DNA of 64,000 bases from a virus (Duplodnaviria > Caudoviricetes): the IMG/VR virus record IMGVR_UViG_3300021399_000100. The stretch is one strand, 5' to 3'. A model generated the notes under the pieces. The model was not told the DNA's origin, did not search any database, and saw nothing but the letters and a program-made list of their open reading frames with translations. Positions within the stretch are counted from its first letter, which is position 1, and every line of letters begins with the position of its first letter. A program made the translations under genes and the position numbers. Of the stretch, positions 9,267-20,459 are shown piece after piece.

Positions 9267-12200
9267 TAGCGTCTTAGTGACATATTATATGTAATAAATA
9301 TACCTTTCTTAGGAACATTCTTATACTCTTGTTCATAATTCTTCTTGACATCATAGTTTAACAACGAACTCTTAGGGCTCTTTTGAGCATATATTTCAAA
9401 TTCGTCAGTACTGTCAACTTTATATACGTTGAGTTCATACTCATACAAATGGAACATATATTTATCAACGTACATAATATAATCGTTATCTTTTAATAGC
9501 GGTGAGGATGGACCCCTGAATGAAAGATCTAGTCTCTTGCTCACATCAGTCAATATGCGTCTTAGCTTCTCCCCATACATGATGGATGGGTAGAACTTTA
9601 TGTCGACAGATGATCTATTCACTTTAACATTGATCCATTTACCCTCTTTGACGTACAATCTAGAAGCCAATATAGAATCTAATCTATTCGTGTTCTTGAT
9701 AACAGTATGTTCGCCTATATATGTTTTATCATATACAACGAGACTCTTGAAACGTTGAGTCCTGTAATTTAACGAAGGTGTCAGATTGTTGATGTTGTAC
9801 CCTTCTAATGGAACACGTAGAAGCTGACCATCATCAAAAATGTTCTCATTAGAAATTTTATGGTTTACTTCATTCGTATCATTATTGTAGATTGTTACTA
9901 ATTGTTTATATAACCTACCAGTAGGGTCTTCTGCCTTTAATCTAATATATGGTTCTTTAACTACATCATTGTCAACGATATCATAGGTGAACATCTGATT
10001 ACTTGATGGATAGCACTGTAATGATATTGCATTAGTAATAGCAGAATTCAACTCTCCAGATTTGGTCTGTATGAATGTATCTTTATTAGACTTATACTCA
10101 GATATTCCCTGTTGAGAAGACATCACCGCGTTGAAATAATAATATGCACTGCTATATTCTAATACGTTTCTTGCAGCTGCTATATATCCTTCGTTAGACG
10201 ATATTCTGCTAGGAATGACTGTTTCTATTACAACAGCGACGAAGGAATATTTATCTTCTCTCAATACGTCGTTATATATGTCTCTGACGTATCTGTTGTA
10301 TGAATCATCAAATGGTATCATCATAGCATCAACCGCAGTAGATACTCCATCTATAGTGATCATAGTATTAGGAGTATACATACTGATGAGCCTTTGAGTG
10401 ATACCAGATTCGTTCATCTTAGCCAGTGCTTGTGGGTGAACAAATTCATCTGCAGCATATGTTGTATAGAAATATCCTAATGGGTATTTCTTGTCTTCAT
10501 CATTTTTATCAAAGAATACTACTTTGCTAGGGTATATTTTAGATCCATCGTTACCTAAAATTACTCCATAACCTAGCATAGCTATATCTATATGCGTACC
10601 TGTTGCTATAGCACGGGCGGCTATTTTTGCAGGATAAGAATCATCATATGGCTGGCCATCAGAGTCTACTAGATTATCATGTAAATCGTTCTCTAGATCA
10701 AAATCAGCAATATAATTTATACATACAGCAGTCAGCTTACTAGTATTGTTATGTTTATATACATAGTCTCCCTCTAAATCAGCAGTACTTTGTATATATC
10801 TGATATCGAATGCTTCTATACTGTCTATATATTTAGGCCCATCGTGTTCTGGCTCAGGGATACTTGCGCCTATATATGCTAGGTAGTTTCTCTCGAAGTT
10901 ACCAAACATCGTTGCATCTTTATATACATCGCTACCTGCTACGCCCATAGAAAATGGCATGATTACAGGAATGTCGACGAATGTAGCTATAATGATCTGC
11001 TTAGCTTTATCGTTTCGAATTATTCTCGTAAGAGACTTAGGGTATACATTAGTATCTTCTTGCAGCCTTAACGTAAATCTTTGACATGGTATTATGATAG
11101 ACTTATATACATATTCTGATGTATTGATGTCAACTTTGAAAGGGACACCATAAAGCATACAGAATAATTCATCATCATAAAGCACTGGATATACTCCCAT
11201 TGTAATGTCATCTAGGATTTTAGCATCACAGTCGTCAAGATAATCCGTAAAGAATTTAGACATACTGTTTATAGATATATCTAGCATCCTATTACCTACA
11301 GCTTCTAGTAAAAGCTGCTGCTGGCTTTCTGTCAATATCTGTCCGTCGTCTCCTTTGATGATCTCTGTATCTTTTACATTTTCCCTGAATCTAGAAGCAA
11401 CGCAATCCTCTCCCTCTAGATAATCAAAGATGAGCAATGGAGCATGTTTAGTATCATCGTCATACCAGCACATGCACTTCATAACCATACGGACAAAATC
11501 AACACGGTGGCTAACATACCAAGGGTATTCGCTAAAGCAACTGTCGAATAAATACGAAATGTATTCGTCTTCCATAGTTCTCGAGCTGAAATGTGTGCTC
11601 TTGAAGTATATGTCATTGTCTCTTCTGATACTACTATTATATAATATCTGGCCGTATGACCATCCATCTGCAGACACTGCAGCAGAATACACATCTATAA
11701 GCCCAGTAGGACGAGCTACTGATGGTATGAGATTCTCTCCATGTTTATTTATAGATGAATAATCGCACCAGGCTATTCTAGTCTTGATATCTATTGGCTT
11801 ATCGTCAGTCATATCATAAACATCGTCGTCCATGATAGTACGTATATCAACGAAATCCGCTACGGGTACATGCTCAATGTTGCAGAGGAGAGTTCTTTTC
11901 ATTGTGTAGAGGCTCAGCGTATTGCCCGCGATAGTCCCTCCTTCTATATAATACGGAACGTCTTGATATGTGTTTCCTGTTCTGACATAATAGAACTCAT
12001 AATCACTGAAGCATTCATGTATATGATCATGTGCATATGTATTACCTACATCATGCAGTTCAACATATTTGCGTTTGGCTTCAGATATTAAATCTGCATC
12101 AGACCCCCTTACGATTTTAGCATAAGTATCTTTTCCAGTAAAGAAATATCTATATTGCTTTCTATATCCAATAGTTTCCTGAGGAGTAATATCCTCATTA

Positions 12201-13657
12201 TAATAGATTCCTATTAGATTCAATCTACTAGTCTTTGTAAAGGATAACTCATTGAAATTGATGACGTTATCTCCACGTGCAGTTACTGCTATTATATTAC
12301 TGCCTGTAGAATAAGTAACAATAAAGTATGGAGACAGTAAAGAACGGAACTTCGCTATCTGTTCATCCATTCGGGTATTGAGGGCTATTACATTAGTATT
12401 GTCCTCGTCGCCATATTCTCTAACCCATTTGATATATATGTCAGATGTTGCATTAACATATCTGACGAACATATCATTCAGCTTCATATGTATAGCTAAT
12501 GTACATTCAGACACTGGCCATTCGAATGACATAGACGGCAGCTTTTCTGCATAGCTGTCTATAGTATATGTCGTTCTGTTCACATCGACATACTTTCTAG
12601 CGTATGCTTTTTCTCCATGCTCGTCTACAGTTCTAGTGTTGTATTTGACATCTGCGCCGTTCTCACTATCAAATACAATAGCCTCGTAGCCTTTATCATG
12701 ATGCTTCAAAAGAACTCTGTCTGCCCCTATTAGCGGCTGAGGCTTCGTTTTGTCAAACTGAATGCGGTTATTATTAGTATCGTTCTCTGGAGTATATATG
12801 AAAATATTCTCTCTGTTATCACCTTCGCCTCCCCATGCATCTTCTATAGTGATATATCCATCAGGAACCTCATGAGTTTTAATAGGAGATACATTGGCAT
12901 AACGTCCCCAGTACACATATGCTGTAGTGTCTTTTACATCAGTGAGCTCTTCTGTAATGTTCCAATCCTCTTTATGTTCAAAGATTTTATCATCTTTGAT
13001 GACAAAGGAAAGATTTATTATATTATTGTATATTAATCTTTTATCTTTATATGATTGATATATCAGATCCTCTGTTGCAGATTCATCCTTAGGAATGTTA
13101 TCAGAATACACATCGGCTTTGACGAATTGACCAGTAGATATATCTATGCCTTTAATGTGTCTATTGTTGCCATGAATGTATGCATATGCATAATTCTTGG
13201 GCTGAATGTATTCAGATATATTATCGCTATGCAAGTCAATAACAGCGACGATCTCATCCTTCGCTTCAGATTCCTTACAGAACATGTCTTTTCTATATAG
13301 TATAAAGACATCAGGGATCTGCTCATCGGTCTTTAATATAATCGGAGCGAAGCACCTCAATTTGTTATCCTCAACACGAATGACTCTAGCGCGGTATTTT
13401 ACCGAATCTAATGAATCATATGCTTCTGACGACCCTACAGTGCTGTCAGATATGCTATATACATCAGGGTATGACTTGATCTTATATTTAGAAAACATTT
13501 CTGCAACGTCCATCATAAGAGAACCTTGCATATTAGATGCCATAGTGATACCTGGACGGTCATAATCTAAAACGTCCAGATATACTTTATTTTGTGTAGT
13601 GTCTATGACAACTGTATAGTTGCCTGCTAATTCGTGCGTAGATACTAGTTGCTTCAT
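9266..13657 (-). CDS. Large hypothetical virion/baseplate protein
   Basis: 1463-aa ORF in a co-oriented structural cluster. Confidence 0.55.
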   Translation of the reverse strand: MKQLVSTHELAGNYTVVIDTTQNKVYLDVLDYDRPGITMASNMQGSLMMDVAEMFSKYKIKSYPDVYSISDSTVGSSEAYDSLDSVKYRARVIRVEDNKLRCFAPIILKTDEQIPDVFILYRKDMFCKESEAKDEIVAVIDLHSDNISEYIQPKNYAYAYIHGNNRHIKGIDISTGQFVKADVYSDNIPKDESATEDLIYQSYKDKRLIYNNIINLSFVIKDDKIFEHKEDWNITEELTDVKDTTAYVYWGRYANVSPIKTHEVPDGYITIEDAWGGEGDNRENIFIYTPENDTNNNRIQFDKTKPQPLIGADRVLLKHHDKGYEAIVFDSENGADVKYNTRTVDEHGEKAYARKYVDVNRTTYTIDSYAEKLPSMSFEWPVSECTLAIHMKLNDMFVRYVNATSDIYIKWVREYGDEDNTNVIALNTRMDEQIAKFRSLLSPYFIVTYSTGSNIIAVTARGDNVINFNELSFTKTSRLNLIGIYYNEDITPQETIGYRKQYRYFFTGKDTYAKIVRGSDADLISEAKRKYVELHDVGNTYAHDHIHECFSDYEFYYVRTGNTYQDVPYYIEGGTIAGNTLSLYTMKRTLLCNIEHVPVADFVDIRTIMDDDVYDMTDDKPIDIKTRIAWCDYSSINKHGENLIPSVARPTGLIDVYSAAVSADGWSYGQILYNSSIRRDNDIYFKSTHFSSRTMEDEYISYLFDSCFSEYPWYVSHRVDFVRMVMKCMCWYDDDTKHAPLLIFDYLEGEDCVASRFRENVKDTEIIKGDDGQILTESQQQLLLEAVGNRMLDISINSMSKFFTDYLDDCDAKILDDITMGVYPVLYDDELFCMLYGVPFKVDINTSEYVYKSIIIPCQRFTLRLQEDTNVYPKSLTRIIRNDKAKQIIIATFVDIPVIMPFSMGVAGSDVYKDATMFGNFERNYLAYIGASIPEPEHDGPKYIDSIEAFDIRYIQSTADLEGDYVYKHNNTSKLTAVCINYIADFDLENDLHDNLVDSDGQPYDDSYPAKIAARAIATGTHIDIAMLGYGVILGNDGSKIYPSKVVFFDKNDEDKKYPLGYFYTTYAADEFVHPQALAKMNESGITQRLISMYTPNTMITIDGVSTAVDAMMIPFDDSYNRYVRDIYNDVLREDKYSFVAVVIETVIPSRISSNEGYIAAARNVLEYSSAYYYFNAVMSSQQGISEYKSNKDTFIQTKSGELNSAITNAISLQCYPSSNQMFTYDIVDNDVVKEPYIRLKAEDPTGRLYKQLVTIYNNDTNEVNHKISNENIFDDGQLLRVPLEGYNINNLTPSLNYRTQRFKSLVVYDKTYIGEHTVIKNTNRLDSILASRLYVKEGKWINVKVNRSSVDIKFYPSIMYGEKLRRILTDVSKRLDLSFRGPSSPLLKDNDYIMYVDKYMFHLYEYELNVYKVDSTDEFEIYAQKSPKSSLLNYDVKKNYEQEYKNVPKKGIFITYNMSLRR

Positions 13658-13659
13658 TG

Positions 13660-15009
13660 TTATTGCAAAGTGTTGATATTAAGAACAAATGAAATGTCTA
13701 CGAATATCTTGTTATTATTATAATCAGTGACAATAGATTCTCCTGGAACTTCATAAGACCTCAAATATATATTCATAGAGGTATCTGTGAAGGAGACCAT
13801 GATATTTCTTAATCCTAAATCTCGTACAGTGCTGCCATAAAATTCGATATGTTCAGGACCATAAGAGTTTATAACATGGCCCATAATAATATCTGAGTCG
13901 CCGAGTTCTATCTGAGAGGCCGTCACATCTCCATTATAAGGGATGCTGATATAACTGCTTATAGCCCCTGCTTGCGTTCTTTCGATTAAAGCGCAATCTA
14001 TAACGCCCTTGAGATTTATGACGTTCCCTTCTATGCCTACTGTAAGAGAAGTTTGACCATCCTTAACATATGCTGTCCCGTTTACAAATGCATACTTGGG
14101 TTCTCTGTCAAACTTATCTTTATAGGCTATCACTTTAACAGCGCCATCATTATTATCTATAGGTGTAACTGATGATGATATAGTTGTACCTTTTACATAT
14201 AGGTATGGTGATATTGTTCTGCGATCTTTTCGGAGAATGTAATCCATGAACAAATGAGGCAGATTCTCACCTGCAGACTCATCTACACTTATCGTAGAAT
14301 CATGTATCTGGCCGATATAAAGGCCGGAACGCCCAAAGTCTTGATATCGCTCTCTGTAAGTTGCAGACACTACATAGTTATATGCGTCTGTTTTATTACG
14401 GTTCAAGAATGATATAGAACCATCATTGAATAACGTCATCGGCGCCGTAGCTAGCGGATCATAGAATTTATCGTATCGATTATCGCCACACAAGACAACA
14501 GTCTTTCTATTACGCGGTGTAATACCACTTCCAGATGCATATGTATTACCCTCCCAGAACGATTCTGTCTGTGTCTGTATCTGTTGCTGTTCCGCTGCTT
14601 TTGCAATGATATAGTTCATATCAGAACCAGCGTTTTCTTGTGTCCATACAAAGATGTTTTCAACCAGGCGAGAGTCATTCTCGCCGCGGTACACTTTGAA
14701 TAAGCCATATCTGTTTACGAATAAATCAGCCCCAGCAACAGAAGCATTCGTCTGTTCAACTTCTTGAGATATAACATAGTTACGTATGGATTCTTCGTCG
14801 CTATAGTCTTGGCTGTTCCCATATATACAGAAGCCTAGATCTCCTTGTGGGCCAGGATTTCCGGGCAGGCCCTGCTCACCAGGAGCTCCACCCCCGAAGA
14901 CCATAAGCTGGTCCATATTGAAATTGAATATCTTTTTTATTTCGTCAAGAGAACTGCTGTTAGAAATCTTAGCTAGCTTCAGTACTCCATTAGTCATGCC
15001 ATTACTCAT
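13660..15009 (-). CDS. Tail fibre/baseplate protein with short collagen-like repeat
   Basis: Gly-X-Y run GAPGEQGLPGNPGPQGDLG after an N-terminal IFNFNMDQL segment. Confidence 0.55.
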   Translation of the reverse strand: MSNGMTNGVLKLAKISNSSSLDEIKKIFNFNMDQLMVFGGGAPGEQGLPGNPGPQGDLGFCIYGNSQDYSDEESIRNYVISQEVEQTNASVAGADLFVNRYGLFKVYRGENDSRLVENIFVWTQENAGSDMNYIIAKAAEQQQIQTQTESFWEGNTYASGSGITPRNRKTVVLCGDNRYDKFYDPLATAPMTLFNDGSISFLNRNKTDAYNYVVSATYRERYQDFGRSGLYIGQIHDSTISVDESAGENLPHLFMDYILRKDRRTISPYLYVKGTTISSSVTPIDNNDGAVKVIAYKDKFDREPKYAFVNGTAYVKDGQTSLTVGIEGNVINLKGVIDCALIERTQAGAISSYISIPYNGDVTASQIELGDSDIIMGHVINSYGPEHIEFYGSTVRDLGLRNIMVSFTDTSMNIYLRSYEVPGESIVTDYNNNKIFVDISFVLNINTLQ

Positions 15010-15038
15010 ATAGTTATACTATATCTATATATATTGAT

Positions 15039-16052
15039 TTACTTTTTTGCAAATGATGCGTCCAATTTCAGATAAAATGCATATTTGTCTCCGACCAAAG
15101 ATCTTTCAGTACATGATACTGTTATAGATAATTGAGCCATTTTTATATTATCTACTGGATGAGGATTAGTATCTGCTTCATTATTTGCATATACTGTCCC
15201 GTTCGGATTATTAATAGAGACTATTCTGATGTTTTCTATTAAAAATCCCTCATCGTGTCCATTCCCAGAATGCTCGTCTCGAACAACTATTATATTATTA
15301 TCTCCAATACTGTCAATAACCGCGGCATAATAAAATGTACGGTATGTGAAGACAAAGTGCGCCCCTATAAGAGTAGCTACATTTCCAAAAATCATGACGG
15401 ATGGAGATGCCGTAGTGGCAGATGAAAATTTTGTTATTATCTGCGAAGCACCAAATACTGGTGAATATACACTTCTGCCATTTGCATCATCTATTCTAGG
15501 TGGAAGAATTTCATGATACATAGATTTGTGCAGATAATAATATTCTTTTTCTGTATTTGATACCCAAGGTACATGTGATGGATAGAAATGACGTTTATTG
15601 AAATACCCGTCGATTTTCAACTCAGACATAGAAGCATATTGCAAAGCATCTTCTATTGTGACGTCTGTAGTACCCATAATATTAGCCAATATAGAGCCTT
15701 CTGTCGGATATTTAGGAACTATAGAATCTGCACGGAAGTCTATTTCTGCCATGCACACGAGTTCGTAGCTAGAAATTTCAGTTGATTTATCATAAGGGTC
15801 TTCTATTATTTTATCAACGTGATACTTTGCTATCGCACGTGAATAAACAGTGGACCCTCCAACGTTCGCAACAACTTCTGCCCATATCAAGCTATATAAT
15901 TTCGTACTAGTGTTATAAGTGCATGATTTACAATAGTATAAGGTTTCATTCTGGACAGCTAAACTACCCAGAACAACAGGAACTCTTGAAGAAACTACTC
16001 CTGTCAGATCCTTGCCTTGTGGCTTATATATTCTACCTTCAAAAAAGTTCAT
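15039..16052 (-). CDS. Hypothetical (probable structural) protein
   Basis: 337-aa ORF in the late operon. Confidence 0.6.
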   Translation of the reverse strand: MNFFEGRIYKPQGKDLTGVVSSRVPVVLGSLAVQNETLYYCKSCTYNTSTKLYSLIWAEVVANVGGSTVYSRAIAKYHVDKIIEDPYDKSTEISSYELVCMAEIDFRADSIVPKYPTEGSILANIMGTTDVTIEDALQYASMSELKIDGYFNKRHFYPSHVPWVSNTEKEYYYLHKSMYHEILPPRIDDANGRSVYSPVFGASQIITKFSSATTASPSVMIFGNVATLIGAHFVFTYRTFYYAAVIDSIGDNNIIVVRDEHSGNGHDEGFLIENIRIVSINNPNGTVYANNEADTNPHPVDNIKMAQLSITVSCTERSLVGDKYAFYLKLDASFAKK

Positions 16053-16057
16053 GTCCT

Positions 16058-16282
16058 TTAATTGGATTTATACCAACGTAAATTATCAATCTCATACTGG
16101 AACGATCTTAATTCTGATAGCAGCTGAGATATATATTTATCTCTATCTTGCAATTTCGTGTTCATATCTGACTTCAATTCGTCAATCTTACACTGATAAA
16201 AATATGAACACATATTTAATGCTAGTGCAATGATAATAACCATGAGAAGCAAAATTATTAGTCCCATATTAATATAAATCAA
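16058..16282 (-). CDS. Small membrane-anchored coiled-coil protein
   Basis: Hydrophobic GLIILLLMVIIIALAL followed by a coiled coil; GTAAATA upstream. Confidence 0.55.
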   Translation of the reverse strand: MIYINMGLIILLLMVIIIALALNMCSYFYQCKIDELKSDMNTKLQDRDKYISQLLSELRSFQYEIDNLRWYKSN

Positions 16283-16289
16283 TATGTGT

Positions 16290-16310
16290 TATTTACACGA
16301 TGAGTAAATA
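16290..16310. promoter_or_regulatory. Divergent pair of late-type promoters (GTAAATA)
   Basis: TATTTAC at 16290-16296 (minus) and GTAAATA at 16304-16310 (plus), between divergent genes. Confidence 0.55.
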
Positions 16311-16341
16311 ATTCATCTAATTATTTAGTCGAAGAGTCAAT

Positions 16342-17619
16342 ATGGCAGTAAAATTGATGGTACCTCCTGTTAGGCAGGTGTTATATGCTACGAAAATGTC
16401 ACAGGATTTGGCAGATGTTATGCAAAACATTAAATTGCCAGATTCACCTTCTGCTGCTATTACAGAAGTACGCCAGCAAATGAACTCTATTATATCAGAT
16501 TTTCAGAATCTCGGCAAATCCAAATTACAGAAAGCTAAAGGATGGACTGATCTAAAACTGCCGGGTGGAACAGGAGGATGCTGCTGTACTAAACATAAAT
16601 TCGACAGAGCACTTCTTCATTATGAACGCAAGATGGGAACTGCTGAGAAAAGATTAAACAAACTTCAAGAAGCTAATTTCCAGTCATCTAATGACATCGC
16701 TAACGCATTGAAAGACAAGGCAATACAAGAAGCCAAAAGATTCGCAGACCAAGAGATAAAGAGATTACAGAACGAGTATCATGATCAAGTCATGATGTAT
16801 AAGACTACTGTATCTATTATCAAAGGAAACTATGATGCTAATGGAAGAAGCAGAAAAGAGATAGACTATCGATGCAACTGTATAGACTATAAATTTGAGG
16901 AGTGTCAGACACTCGCCAAAAATATTCCGAAGCATATTATCAAAATGACGGCACAAGCCCCTGTCCCTGCAACAGTCGGAATGTGTGTAACTAATCCAAT
17001 ATACTCTATAATTACATTGCTTATAAACATATGCACTGTCCTGAGTATGATAATACGCTTGCTCAAGCTGATATCACAAATAATCGAAGACATCACTTAT
17101 TTCTTCCCATTCTTTGACTTCAAATCATTAGCTGCTCTTGCGAATCTTCAGAAGAATGCCGCCGATATGATGAAAGATATCAATAAGCAGGCAGAAGCAA
17201 TAGTAGCTGAGCAGAAAAACTCTCTCACCCCAGTATATACTCTGAGGTTTAATAAGACTACTCAGAAATGGGAGGAAGATAATCTGAATGGCAAGATCAG
17301 AGGTTATAAGAGACCTTCAAAAATATCAATGAATAAAGAGAATATAGATGGCATTGATGTCATTACTGATATAGAAATAGAAACATATGAAATGTACAAC
17401 GATGCTCTAGGAACAGATATGATAGGTGAGAGCGTCGATGGATATATTTATGACGACGGTTCAATCAAATCGCAAGCAACTGCATCTGTTTCTATTACAG
17501 CAGATGGTAAACATTCTATCCTTAATCTCAGCGACGGCCGCAGAGTTACTATTGATAGGATTGTCGGCTCAGGCGACGTCGTCAAACTTAATGATGGGTC
17601 TATTATTAATGTATCATAA
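16342..17619 (+). CDS. Hypothetical protein (coiled coil plus hydrophobic helix)
   Basis: 425-aa ORF with a Cys cluster (GGCCC) and an amphipathic/hydrophobic segment IYSIITLLINICTVLSMIIRLLKLI. Confidence 0.65.
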   Translation: MAVKLMVPPVRQVLYATKMSQDLADVMQNIKLPDSPSAAITEVRQQMNSIISDFQNLGKSKLQKAKGWTDLKLPGGTGGCCCTKHKFDRALLHYERKMGTAEKRLNKLQEANFQSSNDIANALKDKAIQEAKRFADQEIKRLQNEYHDQVMMYKTTVSIIKGNYDANGRSRKEIDYRCNCIDYKFEECQTLAKNIPKHIIKMTAQAPVPATVGMCVTNPIYSIITLLINICTVLSMIIRLLKLISQIIEDITYFFPFFDFKSLAALANLQKNAADMMKDINKQAEAIVAEQKNSLTPVYTLRFNKTTQKWEEDNLNGKIRGYKRPSKISMNKENIDGIDVITDIEIETYEMYNDALGTDMIGESVDGYIYDDGSIKSQATASVSITADGKHSILNLSDGRRVTIDRIVGSGDVVKLNDGSIINVS

Positions 17620-17620
17620 A

Positions 17621-17734
17621 TAAAAAATAGCCCATGTCTCTCGACATAAGCTATTAAACATTGATTGTGAAAATTGCTTGTTATATCGGAACGGAATAAT
17701 TTATTTTAAGTGTTTTCTTTATTAATATAATCAC
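17621..17734 (-). ncRNA. Candidate small RNA (unit B)
   Basis: GTGATTATA (17726-17734, minus), about 70 nt, then a GNRA-loop terminator at 17626-17655. Its 5' motif is shared with unit A. Confidence 0.4.
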
Positions 17735-18624
17735 ACAGTAAGCATGCATGGCACATTATATGATTTAATTTCTTCCTCTAGCTTCTCTAATTCTGCTCTT
17801 GCAGCATCTGCTGGAGACTTTAATGTGATGTTGCCTGGAAGAGTATAATTATATCTTTCTAATATCTCTCCAAGTTGAAGCTTGCACATACATACGCAAT
17901 ATCTATAGAATAGTTCGTCATTGAATGCGTCTATCTTATCTATATGAGAACGTACGCATATCACAACATCGCCTACAGGAACATGACCTGTGAAATAAAG
18001 CGTCTTATTGATAGGATTGAATGTTGTTGATACCGTCGGGATGGTTATCATTCGTGTAAGATCACTGAATGATAGCATGCATATTGCGTATTCTGCACAG
18101 TCAGCCAACGCATATTGAGAGTTTATACCAAAGCGCTGTGGAACGGTATAGGCAACTCCGCCCATATATCTGCTTCCGCCAGCCTCGCCGAAGTTTCTGT
18201 ACAGGTCATATACCCCATCGACATATTCTACATCTGGAGGAAGTAGAAGCTTGCCTCTACGTCTGGATTTTCGTGGAGTGCAGATAGGTTCCACACCTTG
18301 TTGATGAACCCATTTGCGCATAGTGCTAGCACTTATCAACAGAGATTCTGGATATGTATAATCTCCATGTTCTTTGACAAAATGCTTGAACGCGGTGTCT
18401 ATTATACGTTTGATCTCTTTAATTGGAACATTAAAAGGCAAGGCGCAACCTACAGTGACCTCTGAATTAATAGTTGCTATAAACCCATTCAGTGCATCTT
18501 CATATTCTGCATCGAGGTCTTCCTCATCATCCCAATCCCTTTCAGGATCACACTGGCACTCACAAGCAGAACCTACACCATTAGGGACACCATGTATGTT
18601 TTCTTTAGGCTCGAATGATTTCAT
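17731..18624 (-). CDS. Neck protein, T4 gp13-like
   Basis: IKRIIDTAFKHF and the C-terminal FNDELFYRYC..CKLQLGEILERYNYTLPGNITL pattern typical of the gp13 family. Confidence 0.75.
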   Translation of the reverse strand: MKSFEPKENIHGVPNGVGSACECQCDPERDWDDEEDLDAEYEDALNGFIATINSEVTVGCALPFNVPIKEIKRIIDTAFKHFVKEHGDYTYPESLLISASTMRKWVHQQGVEPICTPRKSRRRGKLLLPPDVEYVDGVYDLYRNFGEAGGSRYMGGVAYTVPQRFGINSQYALADCAEYAICMLSFSDLTRMITIPTVSTTFNPINKTLYFTGHVPVGDVVICVRSHIDKIDAFNDELFYRYCVCMCKLQLGEILERYNYTLPGNITLKSPADAARAELEKLEEEIKSYNVPCMLTV

Positions 18625-18626
18625 AA

Positions 18627-19862
18627 CTATTCTTCTTCAGTATTTTCTTCTCCAGTTTCTTCGCCATCAGCTTCTTCAGGCTCTTCTTCGTTATTATCTT
18701 CTTTCTTGTTATCCTCTTTCTTGCCTTCTTTCTTATCGTCCTCTTTCTTGCCTTCTTTCTTATCGTCCTCTACATGCTCAGCTTTCTTGTTATCTTCTTT
18801 CTTGTTGTCTTCTGTTGGTTCAGCTTTCTTCGGCTCTTCTTTCTTCGGTTCTTCTTTCTTATCGTCGTCCTCTACTGGTTCTTCTTTCCTTTCGCCTTCT
18901 AGATTTTCTGTATCCTTCGCATCATCTGCTGATAAGGACTGTCTCAAATCTTCAGGAACATTAGGTGTATTGTTAATCTTTTCTGCGACAGTTTGCTGCA
19001 GTTTCTTTATATATTCTACCGTTTCATCTCTGTCCATATGAGGGACCCCTGTGAATTTTCCGCGAAGAATAGCTACCATCAGCTGATAAGCATTGATTAA
19101 TTGTTCTGATGTGATACTAGAAGATGCGACTGCCGTCATAAATCCGGGAAGCTCTATATTATTCTTATTGTTGAAAACAACGAGCTTAGTGATCCATGAC
19201 GAACCATATGTCTTGATATATATCTGACATATGTCATCTATTGTTGCTTCAGGCTTCTGTTGGATAACATTATATGCAATACTGACCAAAGACTTCCATA
19301 CTATATCTTTGAAGGTATCGCTCATACTCCACTGATCATCAGGTATTCTCGTCATGTTAGCCGACCGTCTGTCTTTAATAAAAACATTATTGATAGTCAG
19401 TCCATATATAGGTGTGCCTGATACTGATAGTGCATTTGAAGAGAACTTCATATATTCACATATATTGACATTAGACTGCCCTATCATAATCTGCTGGATG
19501 TCCAGTACCATTTTAGGCGTGAGCATTACTCTTTGTGCCGGAGTGTATGGCAACCCACATACCGCAGATATCTGCTGAGGAGATATGTATATTGAATCTG
19601 TTATACAGAATCGCTTCTCTATACGATATATAGCACTGAACGAGTCGTCTATGACACTGACCTCACATACAGCTCTGGGATTATTCAGAAACAATCCTTT
19701 AGCAGGAGCCATCGCTTGTATAACATCGGATTTTAATGTTTCATCATCTGTACCGGTGACACAAAGGCCCATTGCATTTATACCGACGTGCAGCACTGCT
19801 GTTGATTTAATCTTTTCTTTGACAACTGCTATGCCTGGTGTTATATTAGATAATTTCGCCAT
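18627..19862 (-). CDS. Hypothetical protein with K/E/D low-complexity C-terminal tail
   Basis: 411-aa ORF with tail repeats KKEEP and KKEGKKEDD; GTAAATA at 19892-19898 upstream. Confidence 0.65.
   Translation of the reverse strand: MAKLSNITPGIAVVKEKIKSTAVLHVGINAMGLCVTGTDDETLKSDVIQAMAPAKGLFLNNPRAVCEVSVIDDSFSAIYRIEKRFCITDSIYISPQQISAVCGLPYTPAQRVMLTPKMVLDIQQIMIGQSNVNICEYMKFSSNALSVSGTPIYGLTINNVFIKDRRSANMTRIPDDQWSMSDTFKDIVWKSLVSIAYNVIQQKPEATIDDICQIYIKTYGSSWITKLVVFNNKNNIELPGFMTAVASSSITSEQLINAYQLMVAILRGKFTGVPHMDRDETVEYIKKLQQTVAEKINNTPNVPEDLRQSLSADDAKDTENLEGERKEEPVEDDDKKEEPKKEEPKKAEPTEDNKKEDNKKAEHVEDDKKEGKKEDDKKEGKKEDNKKEDNNEEEPEEADGEETGEENTEEE
18700..18890 (-). repeat. Short tandem coding repeats (15- and 27-nt units)
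   Basis: tcctctttcttgccttctttcttatcg repeated; encodes KKEGKKEDD and KKEEP. Confidence 0.75.
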
Positions 19863-19886
19863 ATAGAACTATTAATTAGTTAATAC

Positions 19887-20414
19887 TTATATATTTACTT
19901 TGGTTTCTCTCAATTCATCTGCTTTCGCCATTACACGAGTAACAAACTGTTGAGGATCCCCTAATTCTTCAGATGTACATAAGAAATTGAACAATTGTAC
20001 AAAATCCGCCATAGAATAAATGAACACAGGGTATTGCGTACAGTAGTACATTCTATACCTAGTCTGACTGTGAGATACTTCACTATATAGATTATTAAGG
20101 ACGGATTCTCCACCTACGCCAGATACGACAAAATCATCAAAATACTTAGTCAATACATAGAATGCTATGCCGTGATCTGGTACTGCATTTTTTGAATGAA
20201 GCAGTTTGTATAACGCAGGAGTTTGCGATACCTCATTCCTATGAGTATTAGAACCTCCTTCAAAAAATCCATTAGGAGCGTTCAATAACTCAAGACCATT
20301 GTGGAGACGGATGCAATCTATATATGCTAGCAACGCTCCCCAACACAAAATGGATGATTGCGTTTCTGGATGTTGTATCTGTCCTTCACATCTATTATAT
20401 ACGTCAGATGCCAT
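19887..20414 (-). CDS. Hypothetical protein (late class)
   Basis: 175-aa ORF with GTAAATA at 20442-20448 (minus). Confidence 0.65.
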   Translation of the reverse strand: MASDVYNRCEGQIQHPETQSSILCWGALLAYIDCIRLHNGLELLNAPNGFFEGGSNTHRNEVSQTPALYKLLHSKNAVPDHGIAFYVLTKYFDDFVVSGVGGESVLNNLYSEVSHSQTRYRMYYCTQYPVFIYSMADFVQLFNFLCTSEELGDPQQFVTRVMAKADELRETKVNI

Positions 20415-20459
20415 GTATCTCTGGTAAATAGTGTATATAACTATTTACACATATTCGAT